Of a stretch of DNA of 64,000 nucleotides, positions 10,955 to 20,230 are shown one piece after another. The DNA comes from Candidatus Latescibacterota bacterium. GTDB taxonomy: Bacteria; Latescibacterota; UBA2968; GCA-2709665. The stretch is from NCBI GenBank assembly GCA_965248435.1, contig OZ252100.1, forward strand, positions 4,192,001 to 4,256,000. The letters are read 5' to 3'. A model generated the notes under the pieces. That model did no database searches and had not been told where the DNA came from. It saw only the letters and a program-made list of their open reading frames with translations. Position numbers and translations under genes: made by a program. Within the stretch, counting starts at the first letter, position 1, and each line of letters starts with the position of its first letter.

Positions 10955-13900
10955 ATGGCTGAAGAAAGAGAGAATCAGGATCCGAATCCTCAAGCCGAGG
11001 AAGAGCCTCTGGATCAGGATATGCTTGACGGGATGATGCCGGACTCAGAAGCCGAGGAAGGCGGAGTCGAGGAGCTTGAATCCCTGCTGGCCGACCTGGA
11101 TGAGGTTTCAGAAGAGGAAGAACCAGAGGCCGAGGAAAGCATGGATGCCCTGGCCGAGGATGTTGACCGGCTTGTATCTGACTCTGACAGCCATCCAGGT
11201 GAAGGACCACCGAGAGAGGTGGATGTCAACGATCCTTTGTTTCAGGCGACACTCGCCGATGCGGAAGGGACAAGGGGGACGTCGGACTCGGAAGATGTGG
11301 CAGAGGGGGAGATGGAAGATTTGGAGTCCCTGCTGGATGATCTGGACAGTGATGCGGTCGCCTCGGAATCGGAGGCCGAAGCTGAGGATACCGGGGAAGA
11401 AGCGGCAGAAGACGCGGAGGCATTGCAGGAGGATTTGGATGATGTGGGCGAGACGGACGAGTCTGGGGATTCGGGAGCTGAGGAAATAACGGCCGAGGCA
11501 GAGGAGGAAGGTGGGGCTCTGGATTCAGAGAGTGAGGCTGTAGCCGAAGAAGCGGAAGACCTGGACTCGCTGCTGGAAGGCCTTGACGCAGCCGAAGATC
11601 CCGTAGAGGAACCGGAGGAACAGACGGAAGCACCTGTTGCAGCGCAGGAGGTGGTGGAGGCTGAGGGGGCAGCGGAAGAAGGCGTGGATCTTGAGGCTTC
11701 GCAGGAAGATGAGGAGGCGGAGGAAGTTGCAGAGCCTGTGTCAGAGTCCGAAGACGTGGATACACTGCTGGCTGGGCTTGACGACATGGAGGAAGTGGAA
11801 GAGGGAACTGAGGCCGAAGCCACGGTCGGTGAGGGAGTTGGAGAGGCAGAGGAAGAAGGTGTAGCCGACACTGCTGAAGAAGAGGGTGCGGTGCTGGAGG
11901 AGGCCGAAGGAGACGCCGAAGAGGCGGCAGTTGAAGGTGAGGCGGAGGACCTGGGCGCCTTACTCGAAGGTCTTGACGCGGATGAAGCAGGGGAAGGTGA
12001 GCAGGCTGAAGAAGTGACAGCCGAGTCAGCTGACGAGGGTGAGGCCGAAGTCGAAGCTGAAGCTGAAGGTGAAGAGGCAGCGGCTGAGTCTGCGGAGGAG
12101 GTCGAAGGGGAGGAGGAGTCGGAAGAGGCGGACGACCTGGATGCCATGCTGGAAGGCCTGGACACCGAAGAGGGCGCGGAGTCAGCCGAAGATGAAGAGG
12201 TGACGGCTGAGTCTGCGGAGGAGGTCGAAGGGGAGGCGGAGTCGGAAGAGGCGGACGACCTGGATGCTATGCTGGAAGGCCTGGACACCGAAGAGGGCGC
12301 GGAGTCAGCCGAAGATGAAGAGGTGATGGCTGAGTCTGCGGAGGAAGTCGAAGGGGAGGAGGAGTTGGAAGAGGCGGACGACCTGGATGCTATGCTGGAA
12401 GGCCTGGACACCGAAGAGGGCGCGGAACAAGCCGAAGATGAAGAGGTGACGGCTGAATCCGCGGAGGAGGTCGAAGGGGAGGAGGAATCGGAAGAGGCGG
12501 ACGACCTGGATGCCATGTTGGATGGCCTCGACGTGGAGGAAGACGCGGAGGCGGCTGAAGGCGGGGCCGAGGAGTTAGCCGAAACAGGTGACCTGGATAC
12601 TCTGCTTGAAGATCTGGACTCCGAGGATGTTTCAGAATCGTTGGAAGTCGAAGAAACGGCAGGTGAAGTGGAGGGTGACGAGGAGGTGGGTGCGGATGAC
12701 CTGGACGACCTGCTGGGGGACCTGGATACTGTCGACGAAGAGGTGGAGTCGGCCGCTGGAGAAGCGGGCGGGATGGACGAACTCGACGCCCTCTTGGAAG
12801 ACGATCTGAACGTTGGTATCGAAGAGGATGTGGACCAGATACTTACAGCGGGTGGAGATGCCCCGGCCGAAGGGGAGCTTGAAGACGAAGATATACTGGA
12901 GGATTTCGAATCGGTACAGCAGGGTCTGTTGAGGGATACAGGCGAGCATGTAAGACAAGCAACCTTGCTGATTTTTGATGATGATCCGGACAACAGAGCC
13001 TTATTTATCGACGCTCTGATGGAGGGTGGCGTTGGAGACTATGATTTCGTAGAGGTTGAGAATAGTCTCGAAGCAGGCGACGCGCTTAGCTCACAGGATG
13101 TCGACATGGTTCTGCTCAACCTGGATCTTCAGTCAGATGATCCGTTTGAGTTCCTCCAATCAGTTTCCGGTCCCGGCATGCCATCGATCTACGTTGTGGT
13201 AAGTAGCAGTCAAGTCGACCCGATCGAAAAAGCGCTTCGCATGGGCGCGAGGGACTACTTCTCCCGCCCACTTTCCGATCTTGAAAGGGAATTCCAAGTT
13301 CCACGGAAGATCGCGGATTTGCTCAAGCTCCAGGAGCTGGAACGGCTCGTTGCAGGCAAGGGCGACAGCCCAGAGGTCCCCGCCGAACCGATAGAGGACC
13401 TGGATGAGGATCTGCTGCTCGATGATTACGATGAAGACGAATCTGTCGATTTCGAAGACATCCTGCTCGGTTCAGAATCTTCTCCCACGGACACCGGAGG
13501 TGAGGGCGGCGGCGTAGGCGTAGCCGAGCGGACTCGCACGAGAGGGCGGAAGCGCGTCGTTCCCGTAAGCGACCAGGAGAAGATGGTCAAAGAGCGGGAC
13601 ATTGTCCGCGGGAAACGGCGGTCCAGCAGGCTTCCCCTGTTCTTTGGCGTCGTTGCACTTGCTACCCTATTGGTTGGAGTGAGTGGATTCGCCTACAAAT
13701 ATTTCGTTGAGATGAAGATGCAGGAATTGGCGGCTGATCGGTCCAGCCCTGCGATAAAAGCTCTGCCCGTGCTCAAACCCCCGGCCGTTCCCCAGGTAGA
13801 CTATCAAATGACCCGCTCGCGCCGGCCTACCGATTACGAGCGCCAGGCCAACGTTACGAAGCTGCGGGTCAGACAATCCGTTCAGAGTCTCGCCAGAAGC

Positions 13901-14386
13901 GGAGGGGCCTGGTGGTCACCGTGGCAGGTTCTTCGCGAGTCTGGAGGATCGGTCGAACAGGTGGTCAACGGGCGGAAGGTTTCGGATGTCCTTGAGGCGT
14001 TCGATGTAGATCGCTCAGCCGTGGAAGCGGGGCTTCGGAGTCAAAGGACACTGGATTACCTGGCCGGAGTCGGGTTCGACCTGAGGGGCAGACGTGCCGG
14101 AGACCTGAGTGCGAGGGAGACGTTCGAAGTCCTGTCGGCGCGTGAGATCAAGGACACGGAACAGATCAATGAGATCCTTTCTTCACTGATTGACAAACTT
14201 GCCGGGGACCGGTCTGCGCAGGCTCGACGGAAGGCCGAAGAGAAACGGTTGGCTGGAAAGGCCGCGCTGGATGTTCTCCGCCGAAATTCACAGTGGGCGC
14301 CAATGGGTCCCGCTCAGTCGTATCTTTCACCCCGGGTGGATGATCATAATCCCGAGTTCAATAAGGAAGTGCAACACTTAGGGTAG
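10955..14386 (+). CDS. Very acidic repeat protein with pseudo-receiver domain, single TM and C-terminal domain; C-terminus runs into IS30
   Basis: About 660 aa of E/D-rich sequence with recurring DLDxLLxGLD motifs; REC-like LLIFDDD...DMVLLNLDL...GARDYFSRP; TM LPLFFGVVALATLLVGVSGFAY. The stop lies inside the IS left end. Confidence 0.8.
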   Translation: MAEERENQDPNPQAEEEPLDQDMLDGMMPDSEAEEGGVEELESLLADLDEVSEEEEPEAEESMDALAEDVDRLVSDSDSHPGEGPPREVDVNDPLFQATLADAEGTRGTSDSEDVAEGEMEDLESLLDDLDSDAVASESEAEAEDTGEEAAEDAEALQEDLDDVGETDESGDSGAEEITAEAEEEGGALDSESEAVAEEAEDLDSLLEGLDAAEDPVEEPEEQTEAPVAAQEVVEAEGAAEEGVDLEASQEDEEAEEVAEPVSESEDVDTLLAGLDDMEEVEEGTEAEATVGEGVGEAEEEGVADTAEEEGAVLEEAEGDAEEAAVEGEAEDLGALLEGLDADEAGEGEQAEEVTAESADEGEAEVEAEAEGEEAAAESAEEVEGEEESEEADDLDAMLEGLDTEEGAESAEDEEVTAESAEEVEGEAESEEADDLDAMLEGLDTEEGAESAEDEEVMAESAEEVEGEEELEEADDLDAMLEGLDTEEGAEQAEDEEVTAESAEEVEGEEESEEADDLDAMLDGLDVEEDAEAAEGGAEELAETGDLDTLLEDLDSEDVSESLEVEETAGEVEGDEEVGADDLDDLLGDLDTVDEEVESAAGEAGGMDELDALLEDDLNVGIEEDVDQILTAGGDAPAEGELEDEDILEDFESVQQGLLRDTGEHVRQATLLIFDDDPDNRALFIDALMEGGVGDYDFVEVENSLEAGDALSSQDVDMVLLNLDLQSDDPFEFLQSVSGPGMPSIYVVVSSSQVDPIEKALRMGARDYFSRPLSDLEREFQVPRKIADLLKLQELERLVAGKGDSPEVPAEPIEDLDEDLLLDDYDEDESVDFEDILLGSESSPTDTGGEGGGVGVAERTRTRGRKRVVPVSDQEKMVKERDIVRGKRRSSRLPLFFGVVALATLLVGVSGFAYKYFVEMKMQELAADRSSPAIKALPVLKPPAVPQVDYQMTRSRRPTDYERQANVTKLRVRQSVQSLARSGGAWWSPWQVLRESGGSVEQVVNGRKVSDVLEAFDVDRSAVEAGLRSQRTLDYLAGVGFDLRGRRAGDLSARETFEVLSAREIKDTEQINEILSSLIDKLAGDRSAQARRKAEEKRLAGKAALDVLRRNSQWAPMGPAQSYLSPRVDDHNPEFNKEVQHLG
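12083..12532 (+). repeat. 123-bp (41-aa) coding tandem repeat, about 3.6 copies
   Basis: AESAEEVEGEEESEEADDLDAMLEGLDTEEGAESAEDEEVT units start at 12083, 12206, 12329 and 12452. Confidence 0.9.
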
Positions 14387-15405
14387 CAACTGTCCTATCC
14401 TAAGTGTATGGGAAACAATTACAAGCATCTTACGATAGACGAACGCGAGCAGATTGCGCTTTGTCGAGCCACTGGTGCAAGCCTTAGAGATATTGCCAAG
14501 GCCCTTGACCGGAGCGCCAGCACGATTTCAAGAGAGTTGAAACGTAATCCGTCCCCGATAGCTGAGAGTTACTCGGGCCTCCAGGCTCACAGAAGGGCTG
14601 AGAAACGTAAGCGGGAGGCCGGCAAGCGGAAACGGCTGAAGAATCCGGTTATCCGGCGATATGTCGAGACCAAACTCAAGCAAGGATGGTCTCCCGAGTT
14701 GATCGCTGGGAGGCTTCCCGAGGAGCGTCCGAGCGCGGGTATCAGCCACGAAGCCATCTACCAGTATATCTACGATCCAAAGGTGCACAAGCAGCGGGAT
14801 CTGGTTGCTTGCTTATCCCGAGCTCACAAAAAACGAAAGCCGCGGTGGCATACCCGAAAACACCGGGAAAGCCACATTCCAGGCCGTATTTCGATCGATC
14901 GACGTCCCCGTTACATCGAAAAACGGAAACAACCTGGCCACTGGGAATCCGACACCATCATCTCTCGTGAGAGCAAACAGGCCGTTGGCGCTTGTCTTGA
15001 GCGATCGTCGAGATACCTACACCTGGCTAAGCTGGCAAAGAACGGACCCTCGGAGGTCGCCGAAGCGATTAATCGACGCCTTGGGCGACATCCTCCCCAC
15101 ATGAGGAAGAGCATCACATATGACAACGGATCCGAAAACGGCCAACATCAACGGGTCAACGAGGTGCTTGGCACCAAATCCTATTTCTGCAAACCGTTCC
15201 ACAGCTGGGAGCGAGGCGCTGTGGAAAACGCTATCGGTCTGGTCCGCAGATACCTCCCCAAGAAGACAGACTTCTCAAAGGTCAGCAAACACGAGTTAAA
15301 GAAAATTCAGAACCGGATCAACAACCGACCAAGAAAATGTCTTAACTTCAAAACACCAGCTGAAGTCTTCAAGTCCAAGTGTTGCACTTAGTCATTGAAT
15401 CCAGC
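14351..15405 (+). mobile_element. IS30-family insertion sequence
   Basis: Imperfect 29-bp inverted repeats (CCCGAGTTCAATAAGGAAGTGCAACACTT / AAGTGTTGCACTTAGTCATTGAATCCAGC) around a transposase; no target duplication visible. Confidence 0.9.
14408..15391 (+). CDS. IS30-family transposase
   Basis: YKHLTIDER, STISRELKRN, WSPELIAG, GHWESDT, TYDNGSE, SWERGAVEN, NNRPRKCLNFKTP. Confidence 0.96.
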   Translation: MGNNYKHLTIDEREQIALCRATGASLRDIAKALDRSASTISRELKRNPSPIAESYSGLQAHRRAEKRKREAGKRKRLKNPVIRRYVETKLKQGWSPELIAGRLPEERPSAGISHEAIYQYIYDPKVHKQRDLVACLSRAHKKRKPRWHTRKHRESHIPGRISIDRRPRYIEKRKQPGHWESDTIISRESKQAVGACLERSSRYLHLAKLAKNGPSEVAEAINRRLGRHPPHMRKSITYDNGSENGQHQRVNEVLGTKSYFCKPFHSWERGAVENAIGLVRRYLPKKTDFSKVSKHELKKIQNRINNRPRKCLNFKTPAEVFKSKCCT

Positions 15406-15621
15406 TGTTCAATTTTCAAACCCCATGTTCAAAAGGTCCGAGTTTAATTGTGGTCTGATCGCTATTCTTACCCTAGGCAGACTCGGACACATAGTCGTTA
15501 TTAGGGAAAGGAGTTGGTGGGAGCCTGATCGTTGAGTACCTTTTTCTCTGTGAGGGACGATGTAGAATATGGCGCGATATGATGTCGAAGCCATTGGCCA
15601 AGAACGATATCGTCGTTAGGG

Positions 15622-17304
15622 ATGTCAGAGTCTATGAAATACAGAAATACGTCGATGAGGGTTGTCCTTCTGACCGGAGCCTTGTTCCAGATGTGGGGAT
15701 GTGACGTTATTCCAGAGCTTACGGGTCTTGATCCGATTAGCGGACCGCCTGGAACGGTTGTGGAAGTGAGTGGAAACCAGCTGTTGTTCTCTACTGTTCG
15801 GTGGGATGCAAACACACCTAACGAGGTAGCCGTACACACGAACTTCATCTCTTCGCCATTCTTCACCGTTCCTCTGGCTTCTGGCGTCGGCCCGCATCCC
15901 GTTCGGTTGCACGCCGGAGGAGGTTACTCGCCCAGTACAATCAATTTCACCGTTACGCCAGGCGTGATTTGGCCCGAACCCCGGGTGGACGACGTCACGG
16001 TTAGCCGCTTCGAGCTCGATGACGTGAACACAGCCTCAATGATCCTGATGGTGCACGGCGCCAACTTCAATGTCGGCACTCAGGTTGTTGTGGACGGAGT
16101 GGCACAAGAGTCCTACTTTTGGCGCGTTTTAAGAAACCCCAACATGCACGCCGCCGATCCGGCGACACTCGGTTATCCTATTTTTCACTATGCGACAATC
16201 TTGGTCGCCCTTGAAAACCATCCGCTCGACGAAGTTGTCGACATTGCTGTGGAGAACTTGGACGGGTTGACTTCAAACACGCTGACCTACAATATCCCAC
16301 CAAGCCAGGACGATCTGGACAGTGATGGAGACGGGCTTTTGGACAGCTGGGAAATAGACGGGTACGATCCTGACGCGGATGGCGTCGTAGATATTGATCT
16401 GCCAGCCCTCGGCGCGGATCCCTTGAAAAAGGACTTGTTCGTTGAGGTAGACTGGATGGCTGCGGCCTCTCCCAATGCGGCAATCTGGCCTGCGGTTGAG
16501 GACGCCTTCGCAAACGCTCCCATCCTGAACAGCGACGGCAGCCAAGGCATCGCGATCCATATCGACAGAGGACAACCTGGAGGCGGTGGAGGAGGCGGCA
16601 CGATCATCCCCTTTGCCGACGGAATTCGTTATGATGATCTGACACCCGTTGCGGGTTTGTCTTATGTAAATCTCCATACAGCAAAGGCGGACCCGGCCAA
16701 CTTCGATCCAAACCGTCTGAACATCTTTCGATACGGCATATTCGCGTGGGACCACGGGTATACCCCAGGCCTGAGCGGCCGAGCCGAGGGTCCTGGGGGC
16801 ATGCCGAGCAACGATTTCTTTGTCTCTCTCGGCAACTGGATCCCTGATGGGGGCCGGGCGGACCTTCAGACAGGCACATTTCTCCACGAACTGGGACACA
16901 CCCTCGGACTCCGGCACGGAGGGGACGTGGGAGCGAAATCAAAGGACAACTACAACAGCGTCATGCAGTACGGAAACAGTTGGATTATGTGGGTTGGCCA
17001 ATTCAACAAGCATAGTCCGAGCCAGTGGGGTGGCGTCGACACCGACTGCGATCTCTTGAACGTGAATGCCATCTACACCTACTCTCAGGGTATGCGGGCA
17101 GACCTGGATGAAAATGATCTGGATGAGAACGCCGGTGTTTGCGACGATGTCAACCGCGACTGGAACGGCATCAACGGGATAGAGAATTCTGTGATGCAAG
17201 ATCTCGATGGCGTGGTTGGGCTGGATGTCATCGGGGATTATCCGGACTGGGCAAACATCGAACTTAATTTCAGAGTAGTCGGGTCAGACTGGGGAGGTAA
17301 CTGA
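15622..17304 (+). CDS. Secreted/lipoprotein zinc metalloprotease-like protein with Ig-like domains
   Basis: Lipobox-like MWGC; IPT/TIG-like start (LDPISGPPGTVVEVSG); Ca-binding DSDGDGLLDSWE; HELGHTLGLRH plus SVMQY Met-turn. Confidence 0.75.
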   Translation: MSESMKYRNTSMRVVLLTGALFQMWGCDVIPELTGLDPISGPPGTVVEVSGNQLLFSTVRWDANTPNEVAVHTNFISSPFFTVPLASGVGPHPVRLHAGGGYSPSTINFTVTPGVIWPEPRVDDVTVSRFELDDVNTASMILMVHGANFNVGTQVVVDGVAQESYFWRVLRNPNMHAADPATLGYPIFHYATILVALENHPLDEVVDIAVENLDGLTSNTLTYNIPPSQDDLDSDGDGLLDSWEIDGYDPDADGVVDIDLPALGADPLKKDLFVEVDWMAAASPNAAIWPAVEDAFANAPILNSDGSQGIAIHIDRGQPGGGGGGGTIIPFADGIRYDDLTPVAGLSYVNLHTAKADPANFDPNRLNIFRYGIFAWDHGYTPGLSGRAEGPGGMPSNDFFVSLGNWIPDGGRADLQTGTFLHELGHTLGLRHGGDVGAKSKDNYNSVMQYGNSWIMWVGQFNKHSPSQWGGVDTDCDLLNVNAIYTYSQGMRADLDENDLDENAGVCDDVNRDWNGINGIENSVMQDLDGVVGLDVIGDYPDWANIELNFRVVGSDWGGN

Positions 17305-17307
17305 GGC

Positions 17308-18087
17308 ATGGCACTCGCTACTATGGATCGGAGGTTGCCTGTCAGGGTGATAATCGGTCTTCTTGCAAGTCTCTACCTTCTGCAAACGCGACAGGCTTCG
17401 GCAGAGGATCTAAAGCTGCCCGTCCCAAAGCAGGCTTCGAGCACCCTGGAAGTGCCTAAACCTGTCAGGGCAGAGCGTCTGAAAGGAAAGGCGAGCCTTC
17501 CAGAGAAACTGAAGTTAGGGTTTGCGCTTGATCTTGCAGACACACTGATAGCTGGAAACTGGGACGCGGTTGGGAAAGTAATATCCCACAAAGACAGGGT
17601 GGTGTCATTCCGGACCGAGCAGGGCGCCGATGGCAATTTCGTTTACCGACTGCCTGACGGGCTTGAGCTGCGTGTGAGTCCTAATCAGCAGATCTGGCTA
17701 AAGCGTGAGTTGCGCCTGTTTGAGGGGAGCTGGGGCTATACGTTCTGGCTCCGAGCGGATGGGGTTCTGACAGTGGCTTCCGGACGCGTCTCCGGCGCGA
17801 AGCAAATGAGCGTTCAGATTGAAAAGGGACTGGCCTTCAAGCAGATGGATAAGAAGGAGAAAATCAGTGAAGGGGAATATGGGACAACCTATCGCGTGCC
17901 GGCCATCCTGGTTGTGAACGGCCAACCTGTTCCCCTGTCTCTTAACACGCAAACGCAGTTGGAATTCCAGAGTCACAAGTACGTCGCGGTGCTTACGTAT
18001 AGTAGCAAGTTCATACCATCAGAAAAACACATGGGCGCGGCAGAGGGGGGCGGCTTCAGGATGGAGTACGTCCTGGCGGGACAGTAG
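17308..18087 (+). CDS. Hypothetical exported protein
   Basis: Signal peptide ending ASA; starts 3 nt after the protease gene. Confidence 0.65.
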   Translation: MALATMDRRLPVRVIIGLLASLYLLQTRQASAEDLKLPVPKQASSTLEVPKPVRAERLKGKASLPEKLKLGFALDLADTLIAGNWDAVGKVISHKDRVVSFRTEQGADGNFVYRLPDGLELRVSPNQQIWLKRELRLFEGSWGYTFWLRADGVLTVASGRVSGAKQMSVQIEKGLAFKQMDKKEKISEGEYGTTYRVPAILVVNGQPVPLSLNTQTQLEFQSHKYVAVLTYSSKFIPSEKHMGAAEGGGFRMEYVLAGQ

Positions 18088-18129
18088 AGACGTTACCAGA
18101 TACTGCCCATTTTTGTTGTGTTTCAGAAA

Positions 18130-18168
18130 GAAAGCCCCCGGCCCGTTTACGGGTTTCGGGGGTTTCTT
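18130..18168 (+). terminator. Terminator-like hairpin
   Basis: GAAAGCCCCCG...CGGGGGTTTCTT. Confidence 0.55.
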
Positions 18169-18299
18169 CGAATAGGACCATAAACATCACCGAGACGATT
18201 GGCATTCTTTGCACTTGACAAGCTATACAACATCTTCCATTCATGCAGATTAGAGTAGATACTTAGCGTTTCGGTCATCGTGTCAATCGGAGGAACGGC

Positions 18300-19520
18300 G
18301 TGCGAGCAGAAATCGTCATGATCGGTTCAGAGCTCCTTCTGGGGGAGATTGTCGATACGAACGCCAATAAACTGGCCAAGGCGCTTCGTGATATCGGCCT
18401 GGATCTATACTACAAGACCACGGTTGGAGATAATGAAGCCAGAATGGTGGAGGTGCTCAATATCGCCTTGGACCGTTCGGATGCGATCATTACCTCCGGG
18501 GGCATCGGCCCCACCGTAGATGATGTGACGCGTCAGGCCATCGCGACCGCGACAGGACGGAAGCTCGTATACAGCACCGAACTGGAAGCCCAAATCGCCG
18601 CGCGCTTCCGAAGGTTCGGTAGAGAGATGGCGGAGAACAACAAGCGCCAGGCCTACATGCCTGCGGGCGCGCTTCCGCTCGAAAACGAGGCAGGTACGGC
18701 GCCCTGTTTTCTTTCTGAAGATGTGCGAGGTCGGGGATTCATCATCTGCCTGCCGGGTGTGCCGCGAGAGCTTGTTCATATGGTTGAGCACAAGGTTGTT
18801 CCCTTGCTGGTCGAGCGAATGGGGGGCAGAAAGATCACGAAGGTTCGAGTTCTGCGTACGTGCGCCGTGGGTGAAAGCAACATCGATCGGGTGATCGGAG
18901 ATCTGATGACGATGAACAACCCCACTGTGGGGCTCGCTGCGCACACCGGGCAAACGGACGTGCGGATCACCGCCAAGGCCGAATCCGAAGAAGAGGCAGA
19001 CGTCCTGATCGCCGGGGTGGAGGAGGAACTGCGGCGGCGGCTCGGCGTGGCGATCTACGGTGTGGGTAAGGAAACGGTGCCCGAGGTCGTAGGCCGTTTG
19101 ATCGATGAAATGGACTTGAAGCTCGGTGTGATCGATACCCTTACGAAGGGCCAACTCGCCCGAGATTTGAACGAGGCGGGATTCGCTCAGCTTGTGACGA
19201 CCGACCTGAATCTGGCCGGCCCTCGAGAGGCACGGTACCACCTGGATTCGGATTCCAATAGAGGAGATCCTTCGGGGCTGGCCGCTTCCCTTGCGAGACA
19301 GGTCACGCCGGAGGGCGGCCTGGGGATCGCGATGCTGGGACCTTTTGAAGATGACGCCACGTTTATCGCCTTGAGCAGTTCGGGGGATGTTCAGCTTTTG
19401 AACGGGAGCCGCAGGTATCAGGATACAGATTCGGCGCGCCGTTGGATCGCCACACAGGGCCTGGATTGGATCCGAAGGGTTCTGTTGGGACGATTGGAGT
19501 CACCAGCGGATTGGAATTGA
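18300..19520 (+). CDS. cinA: CinA-like protein (MoCF domain; degenerate PncC domain)
   Basis: IGSELLLGEIVDTNA, TVGDN, SGGIGPTVDDVTR, LPGVPRE. Confidence 0.88.
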   Translation: MRAEIVMIGSELLLGEIVDTNANKLAKALRDIGLDLYYKTTVGDNEARMVEVLNIALDRSDAIITSGGIGPTVDDVTRQAIATATGRKLVYSTELEAQIAARFRRFGREMAENNKRQAYMPAGALPLENEAGTAPCFLSEDVRGRGFIICLPGVPRELVHMVEHKVVPLLVERMGGRKITKVRVLRTCAVGESNIDRVIGDLMTMNNPTVGLAAHTGQTDVRITAKAESEEEADVLIAGVEEELRRRLGVAIYGVGKETVPEVVGRLIDEMDLKLGVIDTLTKGQLARDLNEAGFAQLVTTDLNLAGPREARYHLDSDSNRGDPSGLAASLARQVTPEGGLGIAMLGPFEDDATFIALSSSGDVQLLNGSRRYQDTDSARRWIATQGLDWIRRVLLGRLESPADWN

Positions 19521-19543
19521 GCAGAATACGGGTCGAAACCGAG

Positions 19544-20230
19544 ATGCTCGTGAAAGATTATTACGCTCAACTCAAGGAATGCTACTCAACCAAGATCAGG
19601 CAGCTGGTCCCGAAGTACGATGATATGGCTCGCTGCATCGTGGACCTCGTCAGGCTGCGTGCCCCGGCTACCGTCCTGGATATAGGGGCAGGTGTCGGAA
19701 ATCTATCCCGAATTATTCTGCAGGAAATCCCTGGCGTGCAGATTACGGCGGTTGAGGCCTCAGGAGAAATGATCTCCGAAGCCGAAAATCTCCTGCAATC
19801 AGACATGAATCGAGTCAAACTCGTCTGTAAGGATATCGCGGAGTTCTCTCCAGAAGCCACATTTGACGGCATCTTCAGTAATCTGGTCCTTCACAACATC
19901 CCATTCGACAGGAAAGCGATACTGGTGTCGGCTATCCACGATTGGCTGAATCCAGGCGGCGTCTTTGTCTGGGGCGACCTCATCCGATACCGCGATCCGC
20001 GCATCCAGGACCATTTCGTAGACCAGCGGAAAGCGCACGCGATCTCCGACGGATGCAGCGAGGAATTGGTCAGACAGAACTTTGAAAAGGAAGCAGAACA
20101 AGACTATCCTCTGACGATAGAGGAGACGCTCGAAATGGCGAGCGGTGCCGGATTCGGAGGCGCCGAGCTTGTCTGGGCACACGATACGTTTGCCGTCTTT
20201 CTCCTGGGCAAGGGTTTCAGCAATGACTGA
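19544..20230 (+). CDS. Class I SAM-dependent methyltransferase
   Basis: VLDIGAGVG; SNLVLHNI; LNPGGVFV. Confidence 0.85.
   Translation: MLVKDYYAQLKECYSTKIRQLVPKYDDMARCIVDLVRLRAPATVLDIGAGVGNLSRIILQEIPGVQITAVEASGEMISEAENLLQSDMNRVKLVCKDIAEFSPEATFDGIFSNLVLHNIPFDRKAILVSAIHDWLNPGGVFVWGDLIRYRDPRIQDHFVDQRKAHAISDGCSEELVRQNFEKEAEQDYPLTIEETLEMASGAGFGGAELVWAHDTFAVFLLGKGFSND

Noticed and set aside
11242-12993. 583-aa Ser-rich minus-strand ORF
   Set aside because: Antisense shadow of the Glu/Asp-rich coding sequence.
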